Notes under the pieces: model-generated
Database searches by the model: none
What the model saw: the letters and a program-made list of their open reading frames with translations, nothing else
What the model was told of the DNA's origin: nothing
In this document: one piece after another, positions 15,670 to 22,930 of the stretch
Layout: every line of letters starts with the position of its first letter
Numbering within the stretch: position 1 is the first letter of the stretch
Made by a program: the position numbers and the translations under genes
NCBI RefSeq assembly: GCF_008065095.1
Contig: NZ_CP042911.1
Coordinates: 7,830,001 to 7,862,000 of the forward strand
Direction: 5' to 3'
DNA from: Gemmata obscuriglobus
Lineage (GTDB): Bacteria > Planctomycetota > Planctomycetia > Gemmatales > Gemmataceae
Length of the DNA stretch: 32,000 bases

Positions 15670-16311
15670 TCAGGGCGGACCGGGCCGGCGACTCCCCACG
15701 ACGGCCAACTTCAACGCTCGCGTTGCTTCCTTTCGCACGCCGGCGTCAGGACTCCGAACCGCCCGGGTGAGCGGTCCGACCACGTCATCACGGACGAACG
15801 GCTCCCGCTCCACGATCCGACCCAGCAGTTGGGCGACCAACGGCTGGACAGAGGCGTCCCCCGACTTTAGCCCCTTGACCAAACCCGGGACGGCGTCGGA
15901 CCCGAGATAGTCGAGCGTCTGGAACGCATCGGAACGGATCGGCTCGTCCGCCCCGAGTGCCGTGATGAGTGTCGGTACCAAGTTCGGCTGCCGATCCACA
16001 AGCCCCTCCGGGCGGAGGGACAGCTCCGCGTACAGTTCGCCCCCGCGGAAGTCGGAGGCGAGCCGGAACCGGGCCGGCTTCTTGGGGTCGCATCGCACCT
16101 CGGCCGACCCGCGCAGCAATTCCTTCTCGCCACGGGCGTCCGTGACCGAGTACGACACCGACACCCGCAAGCCGCCGCCCACAGCCCGGACCGCGTCGTA
16201 TGAGACGTCCCACTTGTAGTCCTCATCACCGACCCGGAACGGCAGCCCGTTGTGGTAGGTCTGACGGCCGAGCCGGCCCCATGCCTTGTCCTCCCGGAGC
16301 AATTTGGCCAT
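15670..16311 (-). CDS. Cassette ORF, HEAT-repeat protein; probably the 3' part of a gene starting at 16447 and frameshifted at a G7 run
   Basis: The C-terminal half has HEAT/PBS-lyase-like repeats (VPTLITALGADEPIRSDAFQTL..., LVAQLLGRIVE..., AGVRKEATRALK). ORF 16226..16465 encodes a signal peptide and joins in frame if one G of 16314-16320 is removed. Confidence 0.6.
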   Translation of the reverse strand: MAKLLREDKAWGRLGRQTYHNGLPFRVGDEDYKWDVSYDAVRAVGGGLRVSVSYSVTDARGEKELLRGSAEVRCDPKKPARFRLASDFRGGELYAELSLRPEGLVDRQPNLVPTLITALGADEPIRSDAFQTLDYLGSDAVPGLVKGLKSGDASVQPLVAQLLGRIVEREPFVRDDVVGPLTRAVRSPDAGVRKEATRALKLAVVGSRRPGPP

Positions 16312-16472
16312 AGCCCCCCCGGTCGCCGTTCTGCGGTTGGTGGAACAGCCGCAGGTGGCCTCCGGCAGACGTCGGGTATCGATCCGGAGGGATCGCCTGA
16401 TCGCCCGGTAGAAGGCAGACCAGACCGACGGCCATGAAAGAGAACATTCCCGGACTCCTTTCCACTTCTGCG

Positions 16473-16563
16473 GCTGAACAATGAGCTCACCTGCACCGCC
16501 ACCATCGGATGAGCGATGCGTCCCAGATCAGATGGCGGTGTCAGGTGTAGCGCCGGGTTCGAC
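16473..16563 (-). repeat. attC-like cassette-boundary repeat (91 bp)
   Basis: GCTGAAC at 16473-16479 and GTTCGAC at 16557-16563. Perfect inner stem with one unpaired T. The stop of 16528..16971 lies inside. Confidence 0.75.
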
Positions 16564-16971
16564 GTGCCTGGGCTGCACCCGAACGCCGACTTCCTGCCCG
16601 ACCCGGCCGGCCACCCAAACGAACGGGGCCACGATACCGACCACCAGAAGGGCCGCGCCCCAAGTCTTCGAGTCCGAAGGATATTGGACCAACTGGACGG
16701 CGGGGAACAGGAACAGCAGGGCCGGCACCCAGGCAACCGGCCACACCCGGTACAGGCTTGACCGCCACCCGTCCCACGCACCGACCGCTCCGTTTACGGC
16801 ACCCAGCGCGACCAAGGTCGCGATGTACGGAACGGATTCCGACTCGGTGAGCGCGGACCACTCCGCACGGCCGTCCCATACACAGGCGGCGATGAATACG
16901 ACCGGGGCCAAGGCACCGGCGATCAGGCCGATGACGGCCCCCGCGACGATCCCCCCAGCACGCCGCCCCAT
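16528..16971 (-). CDS. Cassette ORF, polytopic small membrane protein (147 aa)
   Basis: ATG after GGAGGG. Four hydrophobic helices. The tail EPGATPDTAI is encoded by the repeat. Confidence 0.6.
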   Translation of the reverse strand: MGRRAGGIVAGAVIGLIAGALAPVVFIAACVWDGRAEWSALTESESVPYIATLVALGAVNGAVGAWDGWRSSLYRVWPVAWVPALLFLFPAVQLVQYPSDSKTWGAALLVVGIVAPFVWVAGRVGQEVGVRVQPRHVEPGATPDTAI

Positions 16972-16987
16972 CGGTGCGCCCTCCGCC

Positions 16988-17098
16988 CCCGAACATTAAG
17001 GTCACCGGTCCGGCCGCGGCACCAGTCGCGCAGACGGACACCCGGCAAGCAGCGGGAAACCGATCACGTGGCCGGGTCCGGTGCCACGCGGGTTCGGC
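16988..17098 (-). repeat. attC-like cassette-boundary repeat (111 bp, divergent centre)
   Basis: CCCGAAC at 16988-16994 and GTTCGGC at 17092-17098. Inner stem CACCGG-T-CCGGCC / GGCCGG-GT-CCGGTG, i.e. a different sequence with the same architecture. Confidence 0.7.
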
Positions 17099-17135
17099 CT
17101 CTTGCGGGGCGAGGTGCCGAGCCGACGTGGGCGAG

Positions 17136-17846
17136 TCACTTCGCCGGTTGCGTGAGCCGGAACTGATCGATAGTGACCTCGAACTGGGCTTGGTAGGAGT
17201 TCTCGGCTACCACCCCGACGCGAACCGTCTCTTCCCAGCCGACCCGGTGGTCCGACTTGATCTCGTGCCACGTCTTGCCGTCACGGCTCCAAAAAGATGC
17301 GACCGCCTTTCCGGCTCGGGTGAGCCGCACGTAGCCGGCATCTCCCGGCCCGTCCTTGTCAACCGCGCTGGCACCGTAACTGCGATTGGTGGTGTAATGG
17401 TTGAAGTGAAAGTTCTCTTGTTGCGGGTTGGGGATCGGCCGGGGGAACGTGAACTCTGTCCGCACCACCTGCACCACCTCACCCCCGGCCATGGCGAGCA
17501 GACCAGCCCTCGACTCCGCCCTCTGACTATCGCCCGGGGGCGTGACCACGCGGATCGGGAACGCGACCCGGACGGTGGCGGTAAAGTCTCCCTTGACCTC
17601 ATTCCAGGTGTAGGGAGCGTTCATCCGGCTCGCGTCCTCGACCACATGACGGGTCGCCGGGATCGTGATCTGGAGCGCGTCCCGCTTGAGTTCAAAAGTA
17701 CAGTCCTTGTCCGGATCGACGGGTGTGCCGTAGAGCCGACGCAACCGTGTGTCGCCGTCCTCTTTCGGAACCGGCGCGGCCGCGGACACAAACGTCACCA
17801 GGAACGCAAGGGCCGACGTGCTGGCGAGTGGACCCCATCGCTTCAT
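17136..17846 (-). CDS. Cassette ORF, secreted ConA-like lectin/glucanase-fold protein (DUF1349-type, tentative)
   Basis: ATG at 17846. Signal peptide MKRWGPLASTSALAFLVTFVSAAAP. Motifs ...APYTWNEVKGDFTATVRV...AGLLA...VRLTRAGKAVASFWSRDGKTWHEI. Confidence 0.7.
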   Translation of the reverse strand: MKRWGPLASTSALAFLVTFVSAAAPVPKEDGDTRLRRLYGTPVDPDKDCTFELKRDALQITIPATRHVVEDASRMNAPYTWNEVKGDFTATVRVAFPIRVVTPPGDSQRAESRAGLLAMAGGEVVQVVRTEFTFPRPIPNPQQENFHFNHYTTNRSYGASAVDKDGPGDAGYVRLTRAGKAVASFWSRDGKTWHEIKSDHRVGWEETVRVGVVAENSYQAQFEVTIDQFRLTQPAK

Positions 17847-17952
17847 ACACATCTCCGTGTTCTGCACCCCGAGTCGAGAGCGTTCCGAGATTCGAAGCCA
17901 ATTCAAGCTTCTCATCCGCCTCGTGCCCGAGGCTCACCGCTTGCGTGGTGCC

Positions 17953-18042
17953 GCCGAACATCAGCTCACTGGCCGCGGGGAGCCGCGATCCGATCGGGAA
18001 AGTAGACATTTTGCCGTGGTCCGGTGCGGCGCCGGGTTCGGC
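17953..18042 (-). repeat. attC-like cassette-boundary repeat (90 bp, divergent centre)
   Basis: Cores at 17953-17959 and 18036-18042. The inner stem is maintained with G-T pairs. Confidence 0.7.
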
Positions 18043-18052
18043 TCGCCTTTGC

Positions 18053-18568
18053 TCAGAACCCCTTCTTGAGCTTACCATACACTGCCTGTTCCTTCTCGGG
18101 CCACCTCCAGTACACGACCGCCGCCCATCGGTTCGGATTGGCCGGGTCGGACCAGCGGTTCCACTCCCGGTCCGCACGGAAGATGTTCTTGCCCCCGTTC
18201 CACCACCGCAGTTCGAATTCCTCGACCTCCGGCCCCCACGCGCGTCGCTCCGTCGGAGGCCCGAGTAATCGCTCGACCTCTTCCCGGCTTGCTCCCGCCT
18301 GAATCTGGCCGAATCGCTCTGCAACTAGACCGAAGTCGAGGGGCGTCGGTGGTGGGGCAACAGCCCGCGCGCGCTCGGCCGCCTGCGCCCGCTCGATGTT
18401 GGTGACCGCATGCCGCGTCCAAAGGATCAGGACCATGATCCCGGCCAGCCAAGTCAGGTCGATGAGGACTTGGGTCTGGCGCGGGGTGAGTTGCCGCTCG
18501 TTGCCCGGTTGCGGTTCGGGCGCGTGCGACGGGGGTGGTGGATAGCTCGGCAATGATGCGTAGTCCAT
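18053..18568 (-). CDS. Cassette ORF, membrane-anchored protein with BamE/SmpA-like segment (171 aa, tentative)
   Basis: ATG at 18568, 4 nt after GAGGAGGGG. One TM helix (LTWLAGIMVLILW). QIQAGASREEVERLLGPP resembles the SmpA/OmlA motif. Confidence 0.65.
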   Translation of the reverse strand: MDYASLPSYPPPPSHAPEPQPGNERQLTPRQTQVLIDLTWLAGIMVLILWTRHAVTNIERAQAAERARAVAPPPTPLDFGLVAERFGQIQAGASREEVERLLGPPTERRAWGPEVEEFELRWWNGGKNIFRADREWNRWSDPANPNRWAAVVYWRWPEKEQAVYGKLKKGF

Positions 18569-18589
18569 CGCCCCTCCTCGGCTTCTGTG

Positions 18590-18680
18590 ACCGAACATTA
18601 AGCTCGCCGGCACCGCCATCACCGGATGAGCGGTGCGCCCCTGATCACCCGGCGGTGTCAGGTGCCGCGCCGGGTTCGGA
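18590..18680 (-). repeat. attC-like cassette-boundary repeat (91 bp)
   Basis: ACCGAAC at 18590-18596 and GTTCGGA at 18674-18680. The stop of 18645..19646 lies inside. Confidence 0.75.
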
Positions 18681-18950
18681 CTCTGCGGCTCGCACCGGCA
18701 GCGATGCCAGCCACTCGCGGAACAACTCCGGATTGTCCCGTACGCAGTCCGGGCAGAACACCACGCTGACGTACTTCAGGTAGCGGCCGACCACCGGGTC
18801 GCCCCGGTAGATGGTGGCACGGCACGACTCGCAGTGCGTGTGCCCGCCCTCGTCCGGCGACGACCGCCAGCCGTGCATCGGCTCCAGTGGCAACGGGAAG
18901 TGCTGCGGGTATTTCCGCAACCGCTCAAGCACCTCGGCTGGTACCTTCAT
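18645..18950 (-). CDS. Cassette ORF, small CxxC...CxxC zinc-ribbon-like protein (101 aa) if translated from its own ATG
   Basis: ATG at 18950, preceded by ACAGAGGG directly after the core at 18971. HCESC and FCPDC motifs. Tail EPGAAPDTAG. Confidence 0.45.
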   Translation of the reverse strand: MKVPAEVLERLRKYPQHFPLPLEPMHGWRSSPDEGGHTHCESCRATIYRGDPVVGRYLKYVSVVFCPDCVRDNPELFREWLASLPVRAAESEPGAAPDTAG

Positions 18951-19646
18951 CGGTCGAGAGCCCTCTGTGTGCCGAACGATGAGCTCACCTGCACCGCCAT
19001 CACCGGATGAATGGTGCGTTCCAGACCCGATGGCGGTGTCAGGCGCCGCGCCGGGTTCGGCCGCGCCACCTTGGGCGAACACCATCGCCTTTTCAACATC
19101 GACCAGCGCCTCGATGGCGTCTGCGTACTTCGGGTCGATCTCGATTGCCTTTCGGAAGCACTCGGCCGCCTCGCTCAATCGGCCTTGTCCGCGAAGGACA
19201 AGACCGAGGTTGTGATACGCTTCGTCCCGCAGCCAAGATTCCGCCCACTGGGTCGCGGCCCGGTGCGTCGCCTCGGCTTCGTTCAGCTTCCCCTGACGAG
19301 CTTGGCACGCACCGAGGAACATGTAGCTCGCGAGTTCATCCGGCTCGATCTCGATCGCCTTCCGGAACCACGGTTCCGCTCGCGCGGGGTGCCCCCAGTA
19401 CTGGTACATGCGTCCGAGCTGGTTGTAGATCGCCCAACGTCCATCCTCCTCGATCTTGCCGAGTGCGTTCTCGTATACGCCGATGGCCTCCTCGTACCGC
19501 GTCATCTTGTACAACATCTCAGCGTAATTGAGAATGATGCCAAGATCATCCGGGTGGGACTGGAGCCAAAGCGGGGCCAACAGAACGGTCGTCGCGGCGT
19601 GGTCATTGCGGAATGCTTCCTCGACCATTTCGCGGGTCACTTCCAC
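18645..19646 (-). CDS. TPR-repeat protein ORF that reads through the repeat at 18971..19061 into the downstream cassette ORF (333-aa fusion)
   Basis: GTG at 19646 after GAGGG. TPR units (AIGVYENALG..., AEPWFRKAIEIEPD, AAECFRKAIEIDPKYADA). This repeat copy has lost the usual in-frame TGA (atcgggtct instead of ggctgattc). Confidence 0.55.
   Translation of the reverse strand: MEVTREMVEEAFRNDHAATTVLLAPLWLQSHPDDLGIILNYAEMLYKMTRYEEAIGVYENALGKIEEDGRWAIYNQLGRMYQYWGHPARAEPWFRKAIEIEPDELASYMFLGACQARQGKLNEAEATHRAATQWAESWLRDEAYHNLGLVLRGQGRLSEAAECFRKAIEIDPKYADAIEALVDVEKAMVFAQGGAAEPGAAPDTAIGSGTHHSSGDGGAGELIVRHTEGSRPMKVPAEVLERLRKYPQHFPLPLEPMHGWRSSPDEGGHTHCESCRATIYRGDPVVGRYLKYVSVVFCPDCVRDNPELFREWLASLPVRAAESEPGAAPDTAG
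18971..19061 (-). repeat. attC-like cassette-boundary repeat (91 bp), translated within ORF 18645..19646
   Basis: Cores at 18971-18977 and 19055-19061, checked against codon positions. Confidence 0.75.
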
Positions 19647-19662
19647 CGTGCTGCCCTCTGTG

Positions 19663-19753
19663 GCCGAACAGAAAGCTCACCTGCACCGCCATCACCGGAT
19701 GAGCGATGCGTTCCGAATCAGCTTGCGGCGTCCGGTGCCGCGCCGGGTTCGGC
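19663..19753 (-). repeat. attC-like cassette-boundary repeat (91 bp)
   Basis: Cores at 19663-19669 and 19747-19753. Confidence 0.75.
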
Positions 19754-19769
19754 GCCTGAACTCAGCCGG

Positions 19770-20270
19770 CTACTTGCCTTGTCGCCGGAGTACCGTCAGC
19801 ACGAGCGAGGAATTGGCGGGCGAATCGAATGACGTCGGGCGTTGCGCACCGGTGTTGTCGTAGCAGACGGTGAGTCGGTCGCCCTCCAATTTGTAAATCC
19901 CCGGCCGGCGCTTCTTCCCGAACGGCATCGCCGCGTCGTCGTCCATTTGCTTCGGGCTGGCAGTCGGATCGACCCAGATGGTGGACTTGATCGGGGACAG
20001 CCGTTGACCGTCGGCGCGGTGCACTTCCCGCGTCATGGTGTCCTCGCGGATGACGATGGTGCTCCTACCCATCTCCGCAGCCGGGATCTCCTTACCCTCA
20101 ACAATCTGCCGCTCGTACACCCACGTCCCCGCGAGCGCGGCCAGTTCGTCAGCCTTTGCCCGCGGGTCCACGTTCGCCCCGACGCCGGGGCCGCTTGGCG
20201 ACCGACTGCACCCGTTGAGCAAAACGATCGTGGCGAATACCACCGACAGCAGTGCGATTCGTCGCTGCAT
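19770..20270 (-). CDS. Cassette ORF, TIGR03067-type planctomycete lipoprotein (166 aa)
   Basis: Lipobox LLNGC. Motifs LAGTWVYE...DP...PKQMD...PGIYKLEGDRLTVCY....RPTSF......LVLTVLRR match the Planctomycetes TIGR03067 domain pattern. Confidence 0.8.
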   Translation of the reverse strand: MQRRIALLSVVFATIVLLNGCSRSPSGPGVGANVDPRAKADELAALAGTWVYERQIVEGKEIPAAEMGRSTIVIREDTMTREVHRADGQRLSPIKSTIWVDPTASPKQMDDDAAMPFGKKRRPGIYKLEGDRLTVCYDNTGAQRPTSFDSPANSSLVLTVLRRQGK

Positions 20271-20283
20271 GCCTGCTCCACTT

Positions 20284-20314
20284 GCCGAACGTGTTGCTCA
20301 CCCGCCGCCGCCGG
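20284..20314 (-). repeat. Half attC-like site (~31 bp)
   Basis: GCCGAAC at 20284-20290 plus ctcacccgccgccgccgg, then directly the stop of 20315..21550. The second arm and core are missing. Confidence 0.5.
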
Positions 20315-21550
20315 TCACCTTGGGGCGTCGGCCTCCGCCTTCTTCACCAGCTCGTCGAGCAGTCCATCCAGCTCCGGGCCGCGGACCGCCTTCGCCCGGA
20401 TCACCCCGGCATGGTCGATTACGTACACCGTCGGCCAGCCGCTCACGTTCCACGCCCGCGGGACCTCGCCGGCGTTACCCTTCGGCCCGCACCAGAACGA
20501 CCGCCACGGCAGCTTAAGCCCCTCGACCACGGCTTTCGCCGCGTCCCGGTCCTCGTCGACGTTGGCCCCGACCGCCGCGAACGGCCGCCCGGCGAACCGC
20601 GCGACCAGCTTCAGTTCCTGCCGCGCGAACACGTGGCACGGCCCACACCGGCTGTGCCAGAACGTCAGCACCGCCACCTTGCCGCGGTAGTCGCTCAGCT
20701 TCATCGCCCGGCCGTCGAGGTCCTCGCCGACGACCTCCGGCGCCTTCTTCCCGACCGCCAGGTGGCGAACCTCGTACGCCTCCTCCTTGGCCCGCTCCAC
20801 GATCGACACGCCGCGGTGCAGTTCGCCGGGCACCTGCTTCGCGACCAGTTGGTCGAGGATGCCCAGCGCCTCGACCTCGAGCTTGGCCGCGTCCCGCTTG
20901 CGGACCTTGGAGATGAAGTCCCGGCCGTACCGCCGGGCGATCGACGGGTCGGACATCCGGGCGACCTCGGCCTTCTCCTTCAGGTGCACGGCCAGCGCGA
21001 ACTGCAGCAAGGCCCGCTCCTTCGGGGTCCTAGCCCGCTCGGCGAGGAGGCCGCGGATGATCGGCTCGCGGAAGTCGTCGCACCCCCCACCCCGCCCAAA
21101 TTGGGCCCAGCTCAGCACGATCGGGTTGGACAGGTGGTGCCGGCCCATCAGGGCACCGGCCTCCTCCCGGTCGTCGCTGCCGCCGTGCATCGTTGCAAAG
21201 GCCAGCCCCATGTACACCTGCGGGTCTGCGGCGTGCTCGCGCAGCAGCGGCATGAGGGCGCGGGCCGCGGCGCGGTCGGTCGTCTTCAGCTCCTCGCCCG
21301 CGTCGGCCGCCCACTTGTCGACCGCGTCCTGCTCGGCCGGGGCCTTCGCCTTCCCGCCCCTCGCGGCGTACTCCTCGTACATCTTCCGCTCACGGCCCTT
21401 CTGGACTTTGACTGCCGCCTCGATCTCGGCGACCCACGCCGGCTGGTCGCGTGGGGGTGAACTCGCGGGGGGTGTCGGGGGATCGGCCAGGGCGGGGTTG
21501 AGGAGAAAGCTGACGCCGCAGAACACCGCCCCAAACAACACGCACCTCAT
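20315..21550 (-). CDS. Cassette ORF, secreted TlpA-like thiol:disulfide oxidoreductase (thioredoxin fold) with N-terminal helical domain (411 aa)
   Basis: Signal peptide, then APEVVGEDLDGRAMKLSDYRGKVAVLTFWHSRCGPC...GWPTVYVIDHAGVIR (CxxC thioredoxin-like motif). Confidence 0.85.
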   Translation of the reverse strand: MRCVLFGAVFCGVSFLLNPALADPPTPPASSPPRDQPAWVAEIEAAVKVQKGRERKMYEEYAARGGKAKAPAEQDAVDKWAADAGEELKTTDRAAARALMPLLREHAADPQVYMGLAFATMHGGSDDREEAGALMGRHHLSNPIVLSWAQFGRGGGCDDFREPIIRGLLAERARTPKERALLQFALAVHLKEKAEVARMSDPSIARRYGRDFISKVRKRDAAKLEVEALGILDQLVAKQVPGELHRGVSIVERAKEEAYEVRHLAVGKKAPEVVGEDLDGRAMKLSDYRGKVAVLTFWHSRCGPCHVFARQELKLVARFAGRPFAAVGANVDEDRDAAKAVVEGLKLPWRSFWCGPKGNAGEVPRAWNVSGWPTVYVIDHAGVIRAKAVRGPELDGLLDELVKKAEADAPR

Positions 21551-21566
21551 GGTCAGCCCTCATCTT

Positions 21567-21656
21567 GCCGAACTACAGCTCACCTGCACCGCCATCACCG
21601 GATGAGCGGTGCGTCCCGAATCAGCTTGCGGCGTCCGGTGCCGCGCCGGGTTCAGC
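21567..21656 (-). repeat. attC-like cassette-boundary repeat (90 bp)
   Basis: GCCGAAC at 21567-21573 and GTTCAGC at 21650-21656. The stop of 21621..22223 lies inside. Confidence 0.75.
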
Positions 21657-22223
21657 CTCCGGTGCTCCGCCCCCGAGCGGGGTCAGCATCTCGCGGCGCA
21701 GTCGAAGGTAGTCCTGGCCCCGCGGCGTGATCTCGAAGTGGTCTCGGACGTTGACCTCCTTTCCGGCCGCCTCAACGATTGCTCCGAACAGTGACCGGAT
21801 GCCACATCCCGGCCGTCCGACGACGAACCCGAGAGACTTGAGCCGCCGCATTTCGGCCTCGAAAAACGAGGTCGTCGAGTTGCGACGGGCGGGATACGAC
21901 TTGTTGGCAGCCAGCCCTTCCAGGTGACGGCACTCATGCTCGGTAAGGAAGTAGGCCAATAGGAACTTGATCGCATCGATCTCCTGAGCCTGCCGGCGCT
22001 GCTCGGTTTTCACGGCTTGGAACTCGACCTTCAACCCGCCGGGCAACTCGGCCCGTGTTAGGACAGAAGCGAGCCAAGGGAGAATGGCCAATCCAATCAG
22101 GGCGAGCCCGGTGGTGTCAAGCCGTGTCCGCTCTGACGCCATGTGGACGAGAAAGGCGGTGCCAGCGACCGCGCTGACGGCGAGCTTCGCGGTAAGGGTG
22201 CGGCGTTGATCCGGCGATCCCAT
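21621..22223 (-). CDS. Cassette ORF, membrane-anchored hypothetical protein (200 aa)
   Basis: ATG after CACAGAGGG. Two N-terminal helices and a soluble C-terminal part. The tail AEPGAAPDAAS is encoded by the repeat. Confidence 0.6.
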   Translation of the reverse strand: MGSPDQRRTLTAKLAVSAVAGTAFLVHMASERTRLDTTGLALIGLAILPWLASVLTRAELPGGLKVEFQAVKTEQRRQAQEIDAIKFLLAYFLTEHECRHLEGLAANKSYPARRNSTTSFFEAEMRRLKSLGFVVGRPGCGIRSLFGAIVEAAGKEVNVRDHFEITPRGQDYLRLRREMLTPLGGGAPEAEPGAAPDAAS

Positions 22224-22239
22224 TGAAGCACCCTCTGTG

Positions 22240-22331
22240 GCCGAACGATGAAGCTCACCTGCACCGCCCCCTCCCAGGGAGCAATGCGTCGGAAACCACC
22301 TGGCGTTGTCAGGTTCAGCGCCGGGTTCAGC
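22240..22331 (-). repeat. attC-like cassette-boundary repeat (92 bp, divergent centre)
   Basis: GCCGAAC at 22240-22246 and GTTCAGC at 22325-22331. Confidence 0.7.
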
Positions 22332-22352
22332 GTGGCTTCGGCCCGCGGCGAT

Positions 22353-22907
22353 TTACTTGACCGACTTCAGGAACGTCACCACCTCGGTCCGCTTCGTGTC
22401 CTCGGCGATCTGCAGCGCGGTGCGGGCCGGGACGGCGGGGAACTTCACCGGGGCCGCGTCCGGCGGGCCGCCCGGGGCGAAACTCTCGGGGAACGCCGTC
22501 GTCCTGGCATCGGCCTTCGCGCCGGCCTTCACCAGCCGCCTGACCACGTCCAGGTGCCCGCCCTCGGCGGCCAGGTGCAGCGGCGTGTACCCGTAGCCAT
22601 CGGCCACATTCACGCCCGCCCCCTTCTCGACCAGGAAGGCGACGACCTCGCCCCGGCCGTGCCGGGCCGCCGTCTGCAGCGGCGTGTAGTCGTCGCCGTG
22701 GGTGGGCCTGCCGAGCTGCCGGTCCCGCTTGGCGTCGAGAAGCTTCGGGTGCTTCTCGAGGACGGCTCGCAGGTGGGCCAGCTGGCCGTCCTCCGCGAAG
22801 TGGTGGATCGCCTCGACGAGGGCATCCCGGTACGGGTCGGCTGCTTCCGGAGCTTTGCCGAGAGCCGGGATGGACAGCACCACCGGAAGAAGCAACGTCG
22901 CAACCAT
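22353..22907 (-). CDS. First cassette ORF, secreted ankyrin-repeat protein (184 aa)
   Basis: ATG at 22907, 7 nt after AGGAGG. Signal peptide MVATLLLPVVLSIPALG. Ankyrin units YTPLQTAARHG...GAGVN and YTPLHLAAEGGHLDVVRRLVKAGA. Confidence 0.8.
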   Translation of the reverse strand: MVATLLLPVVLSIPALGKAPEAADPYRDALVEAIHHFAEDGQLAHLRAVLEKHPKLLDAKRDRQLGRPTHGDDYTPLQTAARHGRGEVVAFLVEKGAGVNVADGYGYTPLHLAAEGGHLDVVRRLVKAGAKADARTTAFPESFAPGGPPDAAPVKFPAVPARTALQIAEDTKRTEVVTFLKSVK

Positions 22908-22923
22908 CGGTTGTCCTCCTGCC

Positions 22924-22930
22924 GCCGAAC
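22924..22930 (-). repeat. Lone GTTCGGC core at the head of the array (attI-like junction candidate)
   Basis: + strand GCCGAAC at 22924-22930 with no arm or second core upstream. It is followed on the minus strand by the SD and ATG of the first cassette. Confidence 0.4.

Noticed and set aside
9600-22600. Plus-strand ORFs starting in the repeats (MRHQSAG..., MRPESAA..., ...SPAPPSPDERCVPNQPAVSGAAPGSA...) as a conserved peptide family.
   Set aside because: They are antisense translations of the boundary repeat followed by Arg/Pro/Gly-rich out-of-frame sequence of the minus-strand genes. They have no SD, and their only conservation is that of the repeat DNA.
9737-22930. The regularly spaced ~90-bp repeats could be mistaken for a CRISPR array.
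   Set aside because: The repeats are too long and too variable in their centres. The 'spacers' are 0.3-1.3 kb and each contains a complete ORF with its own SD. No cas genes are present.
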